DNA of 64,000 bases from the NCBI GenBank assembly GCA_030266105.1, contig JAJDHH010000005.1, positions 961 through 64,960 of the forward strand, in the 5' to 3' direction. The stretch comes from Eubacteriales bacterium OttesenSCG-928-K08 (GTDB taxonomy: Bacteria; Bacillota; Clostridia; Christensenellales; CAG-138). Each line of letters begins with the position of its first letter. Position 1 is the stretch's first letter. Made by a program: the position numbers and the translations under genes. The notes below the pieces were generated by a model. It had not been told where the DNA came from. It worked only from the letters and a program-made list of their open reading frames with translations, and searched no databases. Of the stretch, positions 32,917 to 42,869 are shown piece after piece.

Positions 32917-33561
32917 ATGATTTTTAAAAGCAACAAAAAGGTGCTGGAGCTTTTAGGTGCACATTTTAGCAAAGTCCATGAGTGCTACTCATTGTTTGAT
33001 GATTTTATGATGGCCTATTATGATGATGACGCTGAAGCAAAAAAATGCTACGAATGCCTTGATCGCCTGGAAAAAGAAGCGGATAATCTTCGCACAAACA
33101 TCGTTGAAGAGCTCATGTCCGGCAAGCTTTTGCCCGGCACCCGCTCTGAAATTTTAAAGCTTAGCGGCATGATAGATACTGTCGCCAACCGTGCGCAGGA
33201 TGTTGCGCGCCAAATCGTGCTTGAGCATGTTGTTCTCCCAACCGAGTTTGAGGATGATCTTGTTACGATGGCGCACATCACACTTGATCAGCTTGAAAAA
33301 CTGATGAATGTCGTGCAAATGCTTTTTGAAAGCTATGAAACTTTGGTTAGCGATCAATCTGTGATCGACGAGGTCCGCGACTTTGAGAGCGAAGTTGATA
33401 AAATCGAAAATAAGCTCATACTTTTAACATTCCAAATGGACATCGGCCTGGCGGAAAAAAACCATATCAAGTATTTTATTAGGCAGATTGCAAACGTTTC
33501 CGATCACTTGGAAAACATTGCTGATGAAATACAGATCATGATGGTATTCAGGAAGGTGTAG
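32917..33561 (+). CDS. DUF47 / PhoU-like phosphate transport regulator
   Basis: Reads ..EKEADNLRTNIVEELMSGKLLPGTRSEILKL... and sits directly upstream of PiT. Confidence 0.75.
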   Translation: MIFKSNKKVLELLGAHFSKVHECYSLFDDFMMAYYDDDAEAKKCYECLDRLEKEADNLRTNIVEELMSGKLLPGTRSEILKLSGMIDTVANRAQDVARQIVLEHVVLPTEFEDDLVTMAHITLDQLEKLMNVVQMLFESYETLVSDQSVIDEVRDFESEVDKIENKLILLTFQMDIGLAEKNHIKYFIRQIANVSDHLENIADEIQIMMVFRKV

Positions 33562-33563
33562 AT

Positions 33564-34520
33564 GTGGAACTAGTTTTTTTTGTATCATCAGGCGTATTTC
33601 TCGGCTGGTCACTTGGCACACAGGACGCCGCAAACGTATTCGGAACCGCAGTTGCCACGCGTGTAGTTAAATATCGCACAGCTATTATACTTACCGCAAT
33701 TTTTGTTGTTATAGGCGCGTTGCTTAACGGCGAGGCAGGTATCGCCAATATCAGCGATTATGCTTATGAAAGTGGCGTAACCACAGGCTTGGCTGCTTTC
33801 CTGGTGATGCTTTCCGCTGCAATATTTTGCACGGTGATGACTTTTTTAAAGCTCACCGTTTCCACATCACAATGTGTAATTGGCTCTATTTTGGGGTGGG
33901 GTTTGGCATTTGGTTCCGCCGATTTTTCACGCACCACGGGATTTTTAAGCGCCTGGATAATTACGCCAATTGGTGCGTTGATAATCTGCTTTTTGCTCTG
34001 CAAGCTTTCCGAAAAGCTTTTAAGCGGACGCATTCAAGAGCTTGTTGCGTTTGATAATGCAGTAAAGGCTGTTTATTACATTGCCGGCATTTTAAGCGCA
34101 TATTCACTGGGCGCAAACAATGTCGCAAACGCTACCGGAATTTATGCAGGCAAGCTTGAGTTGCTAAGCCCATTTGCGGCTGCTGCTGTTGGTGGTGTCG
34201 CTATTGCGATAGGTGTGCTGACTTACAGCAAGCGTGTTATGCACACTGTGGGCAACAGCATAACAGCACTCTCGCCGCTGTCAGGTGCGTTGGTTGTGCT
34301 TTCGTGCGCTATTACTGTTTTTATTTATGCGCTGATCGGCATCCCCGTTTCCCAATCACAGGCAGTTGTTGGCGCGATTATAGGCGCCGGGCTTGTTAAA
34401 GGGGTAAACAATGTGGATTTTAAAATTCTGCGAAAGATTTTTATAGCATGGTTTGGTACGCCAACGCTTGCGGCGCTGTTTACATTCCTGCTTGGCCTCC
34501 TATATAAAGCCTTAAGTTGA
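33564..34520 (+). CDS. pit: inorganic phosphate transporter, PiT family
   Basis: Polytopic membrane protein with GTQDAANVFGTAV and GANNVANATG signature repeats. GTG start. Confidence 0.85.
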   Translation: MELVFFVSSGVFLGWSLGTQDAANVFGTAVATRVVKYRTAIILTAIFVVIGALLNGEAGIANISDYAYESGVTTGLAAFLVMLSAAIFCTVMTFLKLTVSTSQCVIGSILGWGLAFGSADFSRTTGFLSAWIITPIGALIICFLLCKLSEKLLSGRIQELVAFDNAVKAVYYIAGILSAYSLGANNVANATGIYAGKLELLSPFAAAAVGGVAIAIGVLTYSKRVMHTVGNSITALSPLSGALVVLSCAITVFIYALIGIPVSQSQAVVGAIIGAGLVKGVNNVDFKILRKIFIAWFGTPTLAALFTFLLGLLYKALS

Positions 34521-34647
34521 TTTGTTTTCCTTTTTGATATTTTTGTGTGATATCTTCCCTTCCTGCAAATAATAATAGTAATGGCGGATCGAATGCTTTT
34601 GCTTTACGCTTTGCCAAACTATCAACGCGGAAGGGAATTTTTTTATT

Positions 34648-35307
34648 ATGGCCGTTGCGCTTGCGTTTGGCCGCGCGCGAGAGGCTCTGGGGCTCGTCTC
34701 ACGTCAAGCCGATAATGTATTAGAGTGCTGCAATGCTTATGTGGAGTTGCTTGCCGCCCAACAGGGGAGCACAAAGTTTGCATCCGCACAAAACCAGCTG
34801 GAGTTGCTTGCAAAAAGAATAAGCACGCTCGATAGCTCGATTACGGATAAATTGCTTTCAGGAGTATTGTTGCCCGGAACCCGCAAAGAAATATTCGAAT
34901 TGTGCGTGCTTATGAATACTTTTGCTTCGCATGTTCTCGCATGCGCACGTCTTGCACAGTCAGTTTGGGCAAGGTTTACTTTTTTGCCCGGAATAAAACC
35001 AGGAATTATTCAAATTGTGGAAAGTGAAAAACAGCAAGCGCAGCTAATTAATAAGTCGGTGCATGCGTTATGCGAAAATTACAATCAGTTTGTTAGCGAT
35101 AGCACAACTGTGCGAAGCATAAAGCGGCATGGTTCGCGTATCGATGATCTTCATCAGCGCCTTACTCAAACGCTATATTCAACTGAACCAAATATGAACG
35201 ACAAATTCTATTTACAATCTTTTTTGGATAAAACCGCAATTTTGTCGGATGATTTTTGTAAAATCGCTGAACAACTGCAGTCAATGCAGGTGTGCCGGAA
35301 TGTGTAA
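34648..35307 (+). CDS. divergent DUF47-like paralogue
   Basis: Shares ..LLSGVLLPGTRKEIFEL.. with the 32917 gene, at the same relative position. Confidence 0.6.
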   Translation: MAVALAFGRAREALGLVSRQADNVLECCNAYVELLAAQQGSTKFASAQNQLELLAKRISTLDSSITDKLLSGVLLPGTRKEIFELCVLMNTFASHVLACARLAQSVWARFTFLPGIKPGIIQIVESEKQQAQLINKSVHALCENYNQFVSDSTTVRSIKRHGSRIDDLHQRLTQTLYSTEPNMNDKFYLQSFLDKTAILSDDFCKIAEQLQSMQVCRNV

Positions 35308-35470
35308 AGCCTCAATTTTCTAATTTTCAATTCTTTTTTCCCAAATAAGCAATTCTAATTGTATCGTTATGCCGAAAAAATGATAAAATAAAGGCACAGC
35401 TTGTCAATATTGCCAAACTAATATTTAATTGGCAGATATTCCGCTGTAATTTAATAAATTAGGAGCTTTC

Positions 35471-35734
35471 ATGGCCACGTTTTCCCGATACTCAAATATT
35501 GAATTGCTGAATCTTCCGGATTGTTGGGGGCTAACTGAAAGCGGAAAGTGCAGTTTTCTTATGCTTAATGCCTGCATTGGCGCGGGCTGCAAGTTTTGCA
35601 GGGAAAAAGGCAGCGAAAGGGCATCGCAAAAACGCTTGTGCTCGCTGGATGAAAAAACTCAGGCGCACATCGCCAACAAATACTACGGTGGGAGCCGCCC
35701 TTGGTTAGCCGTGTTAAAAAGCTCACGACGTTAA
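35471..35734 (+). CDS. small Cys-rich hypothetical protein
   Basis: 87 aa with C-x8-C-x7-C-x4-C-x2-C (DCWGLTESGKCSFLMLNACIGAGCKFC). AGGAG RBS. Confidence 0.4.
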   Translation: MATFSRYSNIELLNLPDCWGLTESGKCSFLMLNACIGAGCKFCREKGSERASQKRLCSLDEKTQAHIANKYYGGSRPWLAVLKSSRR

Positions 35735-35869
35735 CCTACAAATAATGTAAATCTTATACCCTCATTCCTGTTTACTAAAAAGTTCATAGTGTGTTATACT
35801 TTGTTGAGAATATCGGGTGGTTGTTTTGCAATGCGCATTAAAGCCGCCGCATAAGCAGGAGTATCATAT

Positions 35870-36895
35870 ATGCGACTAGTCAAAACAGAGGATGCTGTCG
35901 GTCAGGTTCTATGCCACGACATCACAAGGATAATTAAGGATATTGAAAAAGGCGCAATCTTTTCAAAAGGCCACATAATCACAGAGGAAGATATCCCGGT
36001 GCTTTTAAACATCGGCAAAGATCACATTTATATATTAGAAAACGATGAAACCAAGCTCCATGAAAACGATGCTGCGAAGATGCTACGCGATATTTGTTTG
36101 GGCCCAAACATGCGCGCCACAGAACCAAAAGAAGGTAAAATAGAAATAATTGCCGAGTGCGATGGGCTTTTTTTAGTGGATTTGAATCGCCTAAAAACTA
36201 TAAACTCCTTAACAAATATGATGATCGCTACCCGTCCCTCCGGTTTTCCCGTAAAAGCTGGTGATAAGCTCTGCGGCACAAGGATTATCCCGCTGATGAT
36301 CGAAAATGAGCGCATGGAGCAGGCTAAGCAGGTTGCAGGTTCTTTGCCGCTATTGTCCCTTGTGCCCATTCGTCCAAAAAAATACGGATTAATCACAACC
36401 GGTAATGAAATTTTTTACGGCCGCATTAAGGATGATTTTTCACCCGTGGTTAAGAGTAAGTTGGCGGAATATGGCTGCGAAATAATAGCGCACTGCATTT
36501 TAGGTGATGATGATGCTATAATCACCAGCACAATCCGCGCAATGCTGGATGATGGCGCTGAGCTTGTGCTGTGCACAGGCGGCATGAGTGTTGATCCTGA
36601 TGATCGCACGCCCAAAGCAATCCGCAACAGCGGCGTTAATGTTGTTGCCTATGGTGCGCCGGTGCTGCCGGGCGCAATGTTTTTACTATCTTATACCAAA
36701 GATAATCGGCCAGTTTGTGGCCTGCCAGGTTGTGTAATGTATTCCAAGCGCACTATATTCGACATTCTACTCCCCTATTTGCTTGCAGATGTTCCTGTTA
36801 GCACCGATCAGCTTGCGGCTCTTGGAAATGGTGGTTTATGCTTGAACTGCGAAAATTGTCATTACCCTAACTGTGGGTTTGGTAAGGGCGCTTAA
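35870..36895 (+). CDS. molybdopterin-binding (MoeA/MoCF-type) domain protein
   Basis: Reads ..GLITTGNEIFYG.. and ..LVLCTGGMSVDPDDRT.., typical of the MoCF biosynthesis domain. Confidence 0.65.
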   Translation: MRLVKTEDAVGQVLCHDITRIIKDIEKGAIFSKGHIITEEDIPVLLNIGKDHIYILENDETKLHENDAAKMLRDICLGPNMRATEPKEGKIEIIAECDGLFLVDLNRLKTINSLTNMMIATRPSGFPVKAGDKLCGTRIIPLMIENERMEQAKQVAGSLPLLSLVPIRPKKYGLITTGNEIFYGRIKDDFSPVVKSKLAEYGCEIIAHCILGDDDAIITSTIRAMLDDGAELVLCTGGMSVDPDDRTPKAIRNSGVNVVAYGAPVLPGAMFLLSYTKDNRPVCGLPGCVMYSKRTIFDILLPYLLADVPVSTDQLAALGNGGLCLNCENCHYPNCGFGKGA

Positions 36896-37066
36896 AGCAT
36901 GCCAAAACAAAAATAATGTGGCAATATAGACATGGCGTTAGCACAAATAAGTAGCGAAACGATACTTGCATTTGCGCAAAAAATAGTGTATAGTAGTTTT
37001 CGCGGCAAAAGAAAGGTTAGTATATAGGTTTGGGTTGCCTTTTTGTATCCGCTAAAAGTAACATAC

Positions 37067-37142
37067 GGGGCCTTAGCTCAGCTGGTAGAGCGCTGCGTTC
37101 GCAATGCAGAGGCCAGGGGTTCGAACCCCCTAGGCTCCACCA
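37067..37142 (+). tRNA. tRNA-Ala (anticodon CGC)
   Basis: GGGGCCT..CTGCG-TTCGCAA-TGCAG..GGGGTTCGAACCCC..AGGCTCC-ACCA with a G3:U70 pair. A hairpin-T terminator follows at 37150-37183. Confidence 0.92.
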
Positions 37143-37393
37143 AACAAAACCCGCATAAACACTCGTGTTTATGCGAGTTTTGCTTTGCCAGCACAGCCTA
37201 AGTACACATTAAAAAAGGGTTGCCAGACGGTGCTATTTCTTCTTGTCTAATTCCCCTAATTTATAGCCTTATCCCCATTGACTATTCAATTCAAGGCGAA
37301 ACCCTCGACCGGCAGTAAGACATTAGTTTTTCGGCATATTTTTGCTGCTATAGCATAGGTATTTCTAAAGGAAATGCGTCAGGGGGGATAGAC

Positions 37394-37801
37394 TTGAGGA
37401 AAAGCGGCAGAAAAAGAAAAGGCAGCGGCATTAACTTTAAAAACCTGTTGCGCGTACTCAAGGCCGCTTTGGTTGGATGTGTGCTGACAATCATCGCCGT
37501 GCTTGTGTTTGCGCTGATTCTAAAATGGAACATCATTCATGAAAATGGCGTCACAGTTGCCACCAGCATAATTAAGGCCATATGCGCAGCATTTGCTGGA
37601 CTTTTGTGCGCAAATGGCTGCGATGGGCGCGGCTGGCTTTGGGGCGGATTTGCCGGGAGTTTATATATCGCAATTGCGTTTTTGGCATTTTCGTTTGTGG
37701 AAAAAATGTTCCTGTTTAACTTAGGCTTGCTATCCGATGTTTGCATGGGTTTTGTTGCGGGTGTAGCCGGGAGCATGATTATAAAGCTGCGAGCTAGATA
37801 A
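37394..37801 (+). CDS. small integral membrane protein
   Basis: TTG start after AGGGGGGA. Basic N-terminus then 3-4 hydrophobic helices. Confidence 0.5.
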   Translation: MRKSGRKRKGSGINFKNLLRVLKAALVGCVLTIIAVLVFALILKWNIIHENGVTVATSIIKAICAAFAGLLCANGCDGRGWLWGGFAGSLYIAIAFLAFSFVEKMFLFNLGLLSDVCMGFVAGVAGSMIIKLRAR

Positions 37802-38044
37802 GATTAGTTAACACTCTGTTTTTGTAAAAGGCAGGCGAAATATGCGGCATTGTGCGTATTAGCTTGTCTTTTTTTTGCTATGGGCATATAATAGCCTGAA
37901 TGGATTATGAAAATAAGGCCGATGATTGTATGAGAGACCGTGCGTTTTGAACGCTGAGGCGACTGTGTGCAGGGCAGGCGTTTGCGTTAAGAAAGCACGG
38001 TTCAAGTATGGTTTTTAGGCGAAACAAAGGAGAGTAAAACACAT

Positions 38045-39709
38045 TTGGCATCAAAATTGAAGATTATTCCACTAGGCGGTGTCGGTGAGATCGGTAAAAA
38101 TATGACCGTGATCGAATATGGCAAGGACATCGTAGTTGTTGATTGCGGCTTGATTTTTCCGGATGAAGAAATGCTGGGCATTGATCTTGTCATCCCCGAC
38201 ATGTCCTACTTGGAAAAGAACATTCAAAAGCTAAGAGGCTTTTTAATTACCCATGGTCATGAGGATCATATCGGCGCACTTCCATTTGCGTTACGAAAAT
38301 TCCCCGTACCCGTGTATGGCACCAAACTAACTGTTGCGCTTATCAAACACAAGCTGGATGAGCATCACATCACCGATGCACAGCTTAATCAGGTTAGCCC
38401 GGGAGATACGATCAGACTGGGCTGCTTTAAAATTGAGTTTATTAAAACCTGCCATTCCATAGCAGGCGCTGTTGCCCTTGCCATCACCACCCCTATTGGA
38501 ACGGTTATACACACCGGCGATTTTAAGGTGGACTACACCCCCATTGACGGTGAGCCTATGGATATAAACCGTTTTGCTCATTATGGCTCAAAGGGTGTGC
38601 TTGCGCTGCTGTCGGATAGCACAAATGTAGAGCGCGCCGGGCACACGCTTTCCGAGCAGGAGATTGGCAAAACATTTGAGCATTATTTTGATAGTGCAAA
38701 AGGGCGTGTAATCGTTGCCTCTTTTGCATCCAACATTTATAGAATTCAGCAGGTTGCGGATGTAGCAATCGCGCATGGGCGGTTCATTTGCTTCCAGGGC
38801 CGCAGCATGCTCAACATTGTGGGCACCGCGATAGAGCTTGGCTACCTGAACATTCCTTCCGAAAAAATTGTGGAAATGGATAGGTTGCGCAGGCTAAAGG
38901 ACGAGCAGATTTGCGTAATCACAACGGGCAGCCAGGGCGAGCAGATGAGCGGCCTGTTCCGCATGGCAAACGCCTCGCACAAGCTGAATATCGAAAAGGG
39001 GGATATGGTTATAATATCCGCCTCAGCGATACCGGGCAATGAAAAAGGCGTTTCGCGCGTAATCAATCAGCTTTTTGAGCGCGGCGCAATGGTTGTGTAT
39101 GACCGAATGGCGGATGTGCATGTTTCAGGCCACGCCTGCTGCGAGGAGCTAAAGCTGATGCTCAATTTGACGAAACCCCGCTTTTTTATACCGGTGCATG
39201 GAGAATACAGGCATTTGTATATGCACGCGATGCTTGCCCAGGAAATGGGCGTGGAGCAGGAAAACACATTTGTGACCAATATCGGTGATGTTGTTGAGCT
39301 AACCTATAAGCAGGGGAAAATCACCGGGAATGTGCCTGCGGGCAGCTTAATGGTGGATGGGCTTGGAATAGGCGACATTGGTAATGTTGTGCTAAAAGAC
39401 CGAAAGCTTTTGTCGGAGGACGGGCTGGTTGCGGTTGTAATCGCCCTGCAAAAAAAGACCGGAAAGCTGCTTGCGGGCCCTGAAATAATATCCCGAGGTT
39501 TTGTTTATATGCGCGAATCGGAAGAGCTTATTAAAGATGCTCGCGAGGCCGTAAAGCCACTTGCGGAATCCTTTGCAACGAGCCCGCACTCTGAATGGGC
39601 GGGGATTAAAAACAGCATCCGCTCTGCATCAAGAGAGTTTTTTTATAACAAAACAAAGCGCAACCCTATGATTTTGCCCGTTATCGTCGAGGTGCCCGAT
39701 GAGCACTGA
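38045..39709 (+). CDS. rnj: ribonuclease J
   Basis: KIIPLGGVGEIGKNMTVIEY and the metallo-beta-lactamase motif THGHEDHIGALP. 554 aa. Confidence 0.9.
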   Translation: MASKLKIIPLGGVGEIGKNMTVIEYGKDIVVVDCGLIFPDEEMLGIDLVIPDMSYLEKNIQKLRGFLITHGHEDHIGALPFALRKFPVPVYGTKLTVALIKHKLDEHHITDAQLNQVSPGDTIRLGCFKIEFIKTCHSIAGAVALAITTPIGTVIHTGDFKVDYTPIDGEPMDINRFAHYGSKGVLALLSDSTNVERAGHTLSEQEIGKTFEHYFDSAKGRVIVASFASNIYRIQQVADVAIAHGRFICFQGRSMLNIVGTAIELGYLNIPSEKIVEMDRLRRLKDEQICVITTGSQGEQMSGLFRMANASHKLNIEKGDMVIISASAIPGNEKGVSRVINQLFERGAMVVYDRMADVHVSGHACCEELKLMLNLTKPRFFIPVHGEYRHLYMHAMLAQEMGVEQENTFVTNIGDVVELTYKQGKITGNVPAGSLMVDGLGIGDIGNVVLKDRKLLSEDGLVAVVIALQKKTGKLLAGPEIISRGFVYMRESEELIKDAREAVKPLAESFATSPHSEWAGIKNSIRSASREFFYNKTKRNPMILPVIVEVPDEH

Positions 39710-40061
39710 GGATATTGGCAAAATCGATTTGGCCACGCAAGCACTAGTTGAAGCTTTAACGCAAAGCGAAGCGTACCGCGCCTACTCAGCTAACAAACAA
39801 GCCGTGCTCGAAAATGATGTTACGCGCAGCTTGTATTCACAATACAGCCGTTTGTTGTTTGCGGTTCAAGCGGACACGGTCGCAGGAAGAGAAAATGAAG
39901 CGCAAAAAAAGCAGCTTCAGCAATACTATGATATGCTCATATTTGACGAATCCGCCTATGAGTTTATTATGGCTGAGCACCGCCTGCAAGACCTTATGGG
40001 GAAAATTTATAAGCAGCTTGCAAATGCAGTGGGCGTTGATATCGCCCACTTAGAGGAATAG
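39699..40061 (+). CDS. YlbF/YmcA-family regulatory protein
   Basis: 120-aa helical protein reading ..LVEALTQSEAYRAYSANKQAV... Overlaps the rnj 3' end by 11 nt. Confidence 0.6.
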   Translation: MSTEDIGKIDLATQALVEALTQSEAYRAYSANKQAVLENDVTRSLYSQYSRLLFAVQADTVAGRENEAQKKQLQQYYDMLIFDESAYEFIMAEHRLQDLMGKIYKQLANAVGVDIAHLEE

Positions 40062-40229
40062 GCTAAATATAGGCTCAAAACGGGGATTTTTTGCTTGCAC
40101 GGAAAAAGACCCTGTGCTATACTACTTGAGGTATGTGACAACACACTCTTGCTGACCCTATGGTTCGTGCCAATTTGGTGCCTTACGGAATGACGCGGGA
40201 GGAGGAAAAAACGAGGAGGTTTATTAATT

Positions 40230-40961
40230 ATGTCTGTCATTTCCATGAAACAGCTGTTGGAGGCCGGTGTACACTTTGGCCACCAGACCCGCCGTTGGAA
40301 CCCTAAAATGAAGGAATATATCTTCACGGAGCGCAACGGCATCTACATCATCGATCTGCAAAAAACCGTCAAGAAAATTGAGGAAGCTTACTATTTCATT
40401 CGCGACCTTTCCATGGAAGGGAAAAGCGTTTTGTTCGTAGGCACAAAAAAGCAGGCACAGGAATCTATTGAGCAAGAAGCAAAGCGCTGCGAAATGTTCT
40501 TTGTCAACCAGCGTTGGCTGGGCGGAATGCTCACCAACTTCAAAACCATTCAGGGCCGCATCGGTCAGCTGCGTAAAATCGAAGCTATGGAAGTTAACGG
40601 CCAGTTTGATCTTTTGCCCAAAAAGGAAGTTATTAAGCTTTGCGCCCAAAGGGATAAGCTTGAGCGCAACCTCGGCGGCATTAAGGACATGAAAAAGCTG
40701 CCCGGCGCTTTGTTTGTTGTTGACCCGCGCAAGGAGCACATTGCAATTATGGAAGCCCGCACGCTGGGCATCCCGATCGTGGCGATTGTTGACACCAACT
40801 GTGATCCGGACGAAGTCGATTATGTAATCCCCGGCAACGATGACGCGATCCGCGCCGTAAAACTAATCGCATCAAAGATGGCGGATGCTGTGCTAGAAGG
40901 CCGACAGGGTGAGCAAATGAACGACGATAGCATAACTGACGATGTGAATGACGAAGAATAA
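40230..40961 (+). CDS. rpsB: 30S ribosomal protein S2
   Basis: [27 protein letters not shown]. Confidence 0.95.
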   Translation: MSVISMKQLLEAGVHFGHQTRRWNPKMKEYIFTERNGIYIIDLQKTVKKIEEAYYFIRDLSMEGKSVLFVGTKKQAQESIEQEAKRCEMFFVNQRWLGGMLTNFKTIQGRIGQLRKIEAMEVNGQFDLLPKKEVIKLCAQRDKLERNLGGIKDMKKLPGALFVVDPRKEHIAIMEARTLGIPIVAIVDTNCDPDEVDYVIPGNDDAIRAVKLIASKMADAVLEGRQGEQMNDDSITDDVNDEE

Positions 40962-40995
40962 TAGCAAACAAATTTGATTGACGGAGGGAAAACAC

Positions 40996-41649
40996 ATGTT
41001 TACCGCTAAAAATGTTATGGAGCTGCGCGAGATAAGCGGCGCAGGCATGATGGACTGCAAAAAGGCGCTCACAGAGTGCAATGGCGATATGGAAAAAGCA
41101 AGAGAACTACTGCGCGAAAAAGGGTTAGCTGCGGCATCTAAAAAGGCCGGGCGCATCGCGGCCGAAGGAATCGTTGACTCCTATGTGCATATGGGCGGAA
41201 AGATCGGCGTGCTGCTTGAAGTAAACTGCGAAACCGACTTTGTTGCCAAAACAGATGATTTTAAAACATTTGTTCATAATGTCGCAATGCAAATTGCTGC
41301 CGCCCGCCCCACTTACATCAATAAGGATGAAGTGCCTGCCGATGAAATCGAAAAGGAAAAGGTCATCCTGCGCGCACAGGCAAAAGCGGAGCCTAAGCCC
41401 AAGCCGGACAACATCATTGAAAAAATGGTTGAGGGCCGAATTGAAAAATACTATAAGGAAGTTTGCCTGATGGAGCAGCCTTATGTAAAGGATTCCGACA
41501 TCACTGTTGGCCAAATGCTTAATGAAGCAGTTGCCAAAATTGGTGAAAAAATCAGCATTCGCCGTTTTGTCCGTTACGAAATGGGCGAAGGCCTGCAAAA
41601 GCGTGAGGATAACTTCGTTGAGGAAGTTATGGGGCAAATCGGCAAATAA
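40996..41649 (+). CDS. tsf: translation elongation factor Ts
   Basis: [28 protein letters not shown] follows GGAGGGA. Confidence 0.93.
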   Translation: MFTAKNVMELREISGAGMMDCKKALTECNGDMEKARELLREKGLAAASKKAGRIAAEGIVDSYVHMGGKIGVLLEVNCETDFVAKTDDFKTFVHNVAMQIAAARPTYINKDEVPADEIEKEKVILRAQAKAEPKPKPDNIIEKMVEGRIEKYYKEVCLMEQPYVKDSDITVGQMLNEAVAKIGEKISIRRFVRYEMGEGLQKREDNFVEEVMGQIGK

Positions 41650-41686
41650 GGGATCATCATTCCCTATCCATGGTTTGATTAGAAAC

Positions 41687-41720
41687 AAAACGGCTGTCGC
41701 TTAGCGACAGCCGTTTTTTG
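41687..41720. terminator. bidirectional terminator between tsf and sigA
   Basis: aaaacggctgtcgc-tta-gcgacagccgtttt. Confidence 0.7.
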
Positions 41721-41754
41721 CAGTTTATTTTCGAATTGTTTTGTTTGCCAAATC

Positions 41755-42837
41755 TTATTCAAGAAAATCCTTCAACTTTTTGCTGCGACTTGGGTGCCTT
41801 AGCTTACGCAATGCCTTTGCCTCAATCTGGCGGATACGCTCACGCGTAACGGCAAACTCTTTGCCCACTTCCTCCAGCGTACGCGCCTTACCATCATCAA
41901 GGCCAAAACGCAGCCGGAGCACTTTTTCTTCGCGGGCGGTGAGTGTATCCAGTACATCCATAAGCTGCTCTTTAAGCAGCGTTCCTGCAACAACCTCCGC
42001 TGGCGCGGGTGCGTCATCGTCAGGAATAAAGTCGCCAAGGTGACTATCCTCTTCCTCGCCAATAGGGGTTTCCAGCGATACCGGTTCTTGCGCGATTTTG
42101 ATGATCTCGCGAACCTTTTCCTCGGTGATGCCCATTTCTTTTGCGATTTCCTCAGGGCGAGGATCACGCCCATACTCCTGCAGGAGCTGGCGATTGACTC
42201 TGATTAACTTATTGATCGTTTCAACCATGTGCACAGGGATGCGAATTGTTCGCGCCTGATCCGCAATCGCACGTGTAATTGCCTGCCTGATCCACCATGT
42301 TGCATATGTTGAAAACTTATATCCCTTGCGATAGTCGAATTTTTCGACTGCTTTTATAAGCCCCAGGTTTCCTTCCTGAATTAAGTCGAGGAACAGCATC
42401 CCACGCCCAACATAACGTTTTGCGATGGAAACAACAAGCCTCAGGTTCGCCTCGGCAAGCTGCTGCTTTGCATCTTCATCGCCCTCTGCCATGCGTTGCG
42501 CGATTTCAACCTCCTCAGCGGCGGTAAGCAACGGAACCTTGCCGATCTCTTTAAGGTACATACGTACGGGATCGTCAATATTCAGCCCTTCCGATGCGGC
42601 CGCAAGCTCCGTTTCAATTTGAGCGATTTCCTCATTGATGTCGGATGGAACCTCGATTTCTTCCACCACATCGATGTTTAGGGCCTCGATACGGTCGTAA
42701 ATTCGCTCAACCTGTTCCTGGTCTAGCTCCTGCTCCTCCAAAGCGTCCATGATCTCTTTATAGGTCAGTACACCTTTGGCCTTGCCCTTTTCCAGGAGTT
42801 CATTAATTTTTTGTGTGCGGGGTTCTTTGATTTCCAA
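41755..42837 (-). CDS. sigA: RNA polymerase primary sigma factor
   Basis: Reads ..[30 protein letters not shown].. and a region 4 HTH. Confidence 0.95.
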   Translation of the reverse strand: MEIKEPRTQKINELLEKGKAKGVLTYKEIMDALEEQELDQEQVERIYDRIEALNIDVVEEIEVPSDINEEIAQIETELAAASEGLNIDDPVRMYLKEIGKVPLLTAAEEVEIAQRMAEGDEDAKQQLAEANLRLVVSIAKRYVGRGMLFLDLIQEGNLGLIKAVEKFDYRKGYKFSTYATWWIRQAITRAIADQARTIRIPVHMVETINKLIRVNRQLLQEYGRDPRPEEIAKEMGITEEKVREIIKIAQEPVSLETPIGEEEDSHLGDFIPDDDAPAPAEVVAGTLLKEQLMDVLDTLTAREEKVLRLRFGLDDGKARTLEEVGKEFAVTRERIRQIEAKALRKLRHPSRSKKLKDFLE

Positions 42838-42869
42838 AGATCGTCCCCTCCTTTTTTATTTTATATATA

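Noticed and set aside
40224-41688. ORFs antisense to rpsB (40224-40739) and tsf (41125-41688)
   Set aside because: They are fully contained in highly conserved ribosomal and translation genes on the other strand.
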